Below, in pieces: positions 62,634 through 64,000 of a stretch of DNA of 64,000 nucleotides (position 1 is its first letter; every line of letters begins with the position of its first letter). The stretch covers positions 4,960,001 to 5,024,000 of the forward strand of contig JBHGNT010000010.1 in NCBI GenBank assembly GCA_043228905.1, read 5' to 3'. The notes beneath the pieces were generated by a model, which saw nothing but the letters and a program-made list of their open reading frames with translations, made no database searches and was not told the origin of the DNA. The stretch comes from Azolla caroliniana (lineage: Eukaryota; Plantae; Polypodiophyta). Made by a program: the position numbers and the translations under genes.

Positions 62634-63713
62634 CGGTTAAGCATTGAGAGATGGAAAATGTTGAATGTTTTCTTCATGTTTAATGAATGTATACGTTGTA
62701 CGTATCAACCACCTCTTCGGGTATTTCTTCCCCCTACACGAGGCATGTGACCATATATAAGCAATTGAGAGGGGAAAAGAAGTTCATGAGGAGATCATCG
62801 ACAAGGGCTTGCTAGAAAAACATGTTGTATTGTACTTATCAATGCTTTGGTAGATATGTATGCACAATACGGTTAAGCGTTGAGAGATGGAAAATGTTGA
62901 ATGTTTTCTTCATGTTTAATGAATGTATACGTTGTACGTATCAACCACCTCTTCGGGTATTTCTTCCCCCTACACGAGGCATGTGACCATATATAAGCAA
63001 TTGAGAGGGGAAAAAAAGTTCATGAGGAGATCATCGACAAGGGCTTGCTAGAAAAACATGTTGTATTGTACTTATCAATGCTTTGGTAGATATGTATGCA
63101 CAATACGGTTAAGCGTTGAGAGATGGAAAATGTTGAATGTTTTCTTCATGTTTAATGAATGTATACGTTGTATGCATCAACCACCTCTTCGGGTATTTCT
63201 TCCCCCTACACGAGGCATGTGACCATATATAAGCAATTGAGAGGGGAAAAGAAGTTCATGAGGAGATCATCGACAAGGGCTTGCTAGAAAAACATGTTGT
63301 ATTGTACTTATCAATGCTTTGGTAGATATGTATGCACAATACGGTTAAGCGTTGAGAGATGGAAAATGTTGAATGTTTTCTTCATGTTTAATGAATGTAT
63401 ACGTTGTATGCATCAACCACCTCTTCGGGTATTTCTTCCCCCTACACGAGGCATGTGACCATATATAAGCAATTGAGAGGGGAAAAGAAGTTCATGAGGA
63501 GATCATCGACAAGGGCTTGCTAGAAAAACATGTTGTATTGTACTTATCAATGCTTTGGTAGATATGTATGCACAATACGGTTAAGCGTTGAGAGATGGAA
63601 AATGTTGAATGTTTTCTTCATGTTTAATGAATGTATACGTTGTACGCATCAACCACCTCTTCGGGTATTTCTTCCCCCTACATGAGGCATGTGACCATAT
63701 ATAAGCAATCGAG
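62634..63713 (+). repeat. 236-bp tandem array, ~4.6 nearly identical copies, derived from a PPR coding fragment
   Basis: ggttaagc at 62635, 62871, 63107, 63343 and 63579; the unit translates to ACDHI*AIERGKEVHEEIIDKGLLEKHVVL / NALVDMYAQYG. Confidence 0.93.
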
Positions 63714-63845
63714 GTATGTGTGTATATATATCTATGTATGTGTGTGTATATGTATTTATGTATGTGTGTATATGTATCTATGTATGTGTGTATATGTATA
63801 ACAATATATATGTATGTGTATGTGTATGTGTGTATATGTATATGT
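63714..63845. repeat. (TATG/TG/TA)n low-complexity tract
   Basis: Direct read. Confidence 0.9.
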
Positions 63846-64000
63846 AAACGAATGGTTTTATAATATTCGTAGAGTCATTTTCTATTCTCGAATATCTCGA
63901 ATATTACGGATATCGAATACCACGAATATCACACATGGGTCAATCTATGATTCTATATATGTACTGTGTACATATGTAACTTATTATACATACTATGAGC

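Overview
Eukaryotic, repeat-rich land-plant genomic DNA. A fern or lycophyte is likely (inference from the PLS-type PPR gene, a Tcn1-like chromovirus and an RTEX-like LINE). Three host genes are supported: a spliced LysM GPI-anchored chitin/peptidoglycan receptor-like gene (LYM/CEBiP family, minus strand, 17060-14127), a long single-ORF PLS-class PPR gene (plus, ~47623-49911) and a five-exon CCoAOMT with a long N-terminal extension (minus, 60714-58892). The rest is nested retroelements: a near-intact non-chromovirus Ty3/Gypsy with an extra downstream ORF running off the left edge, three copies of one L1-clade LINE, a decayed Tcn1-like Gypsy inside a Copia remnant, a truncated Copia, an RTEX-like LINE split by a solo LTR, a Mutator-like MITE and several tandem arrays. 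The most notable structures are (i) a ~5.5-kb dead LINE::LTR chimera present twice in inverted orientation around the LysM gene, (ii) a Tf1-type self-priming signature plus a tRNA-like cassette in the Tcn1-like LTR, and (iii) two young tandem arrays built from host-gene sequence (a PPR fragment and the CCoAOMT 3' end). No prokaryotic systems or CRISPR arrays are present. All coordinates were read by eye, without alignment tools.
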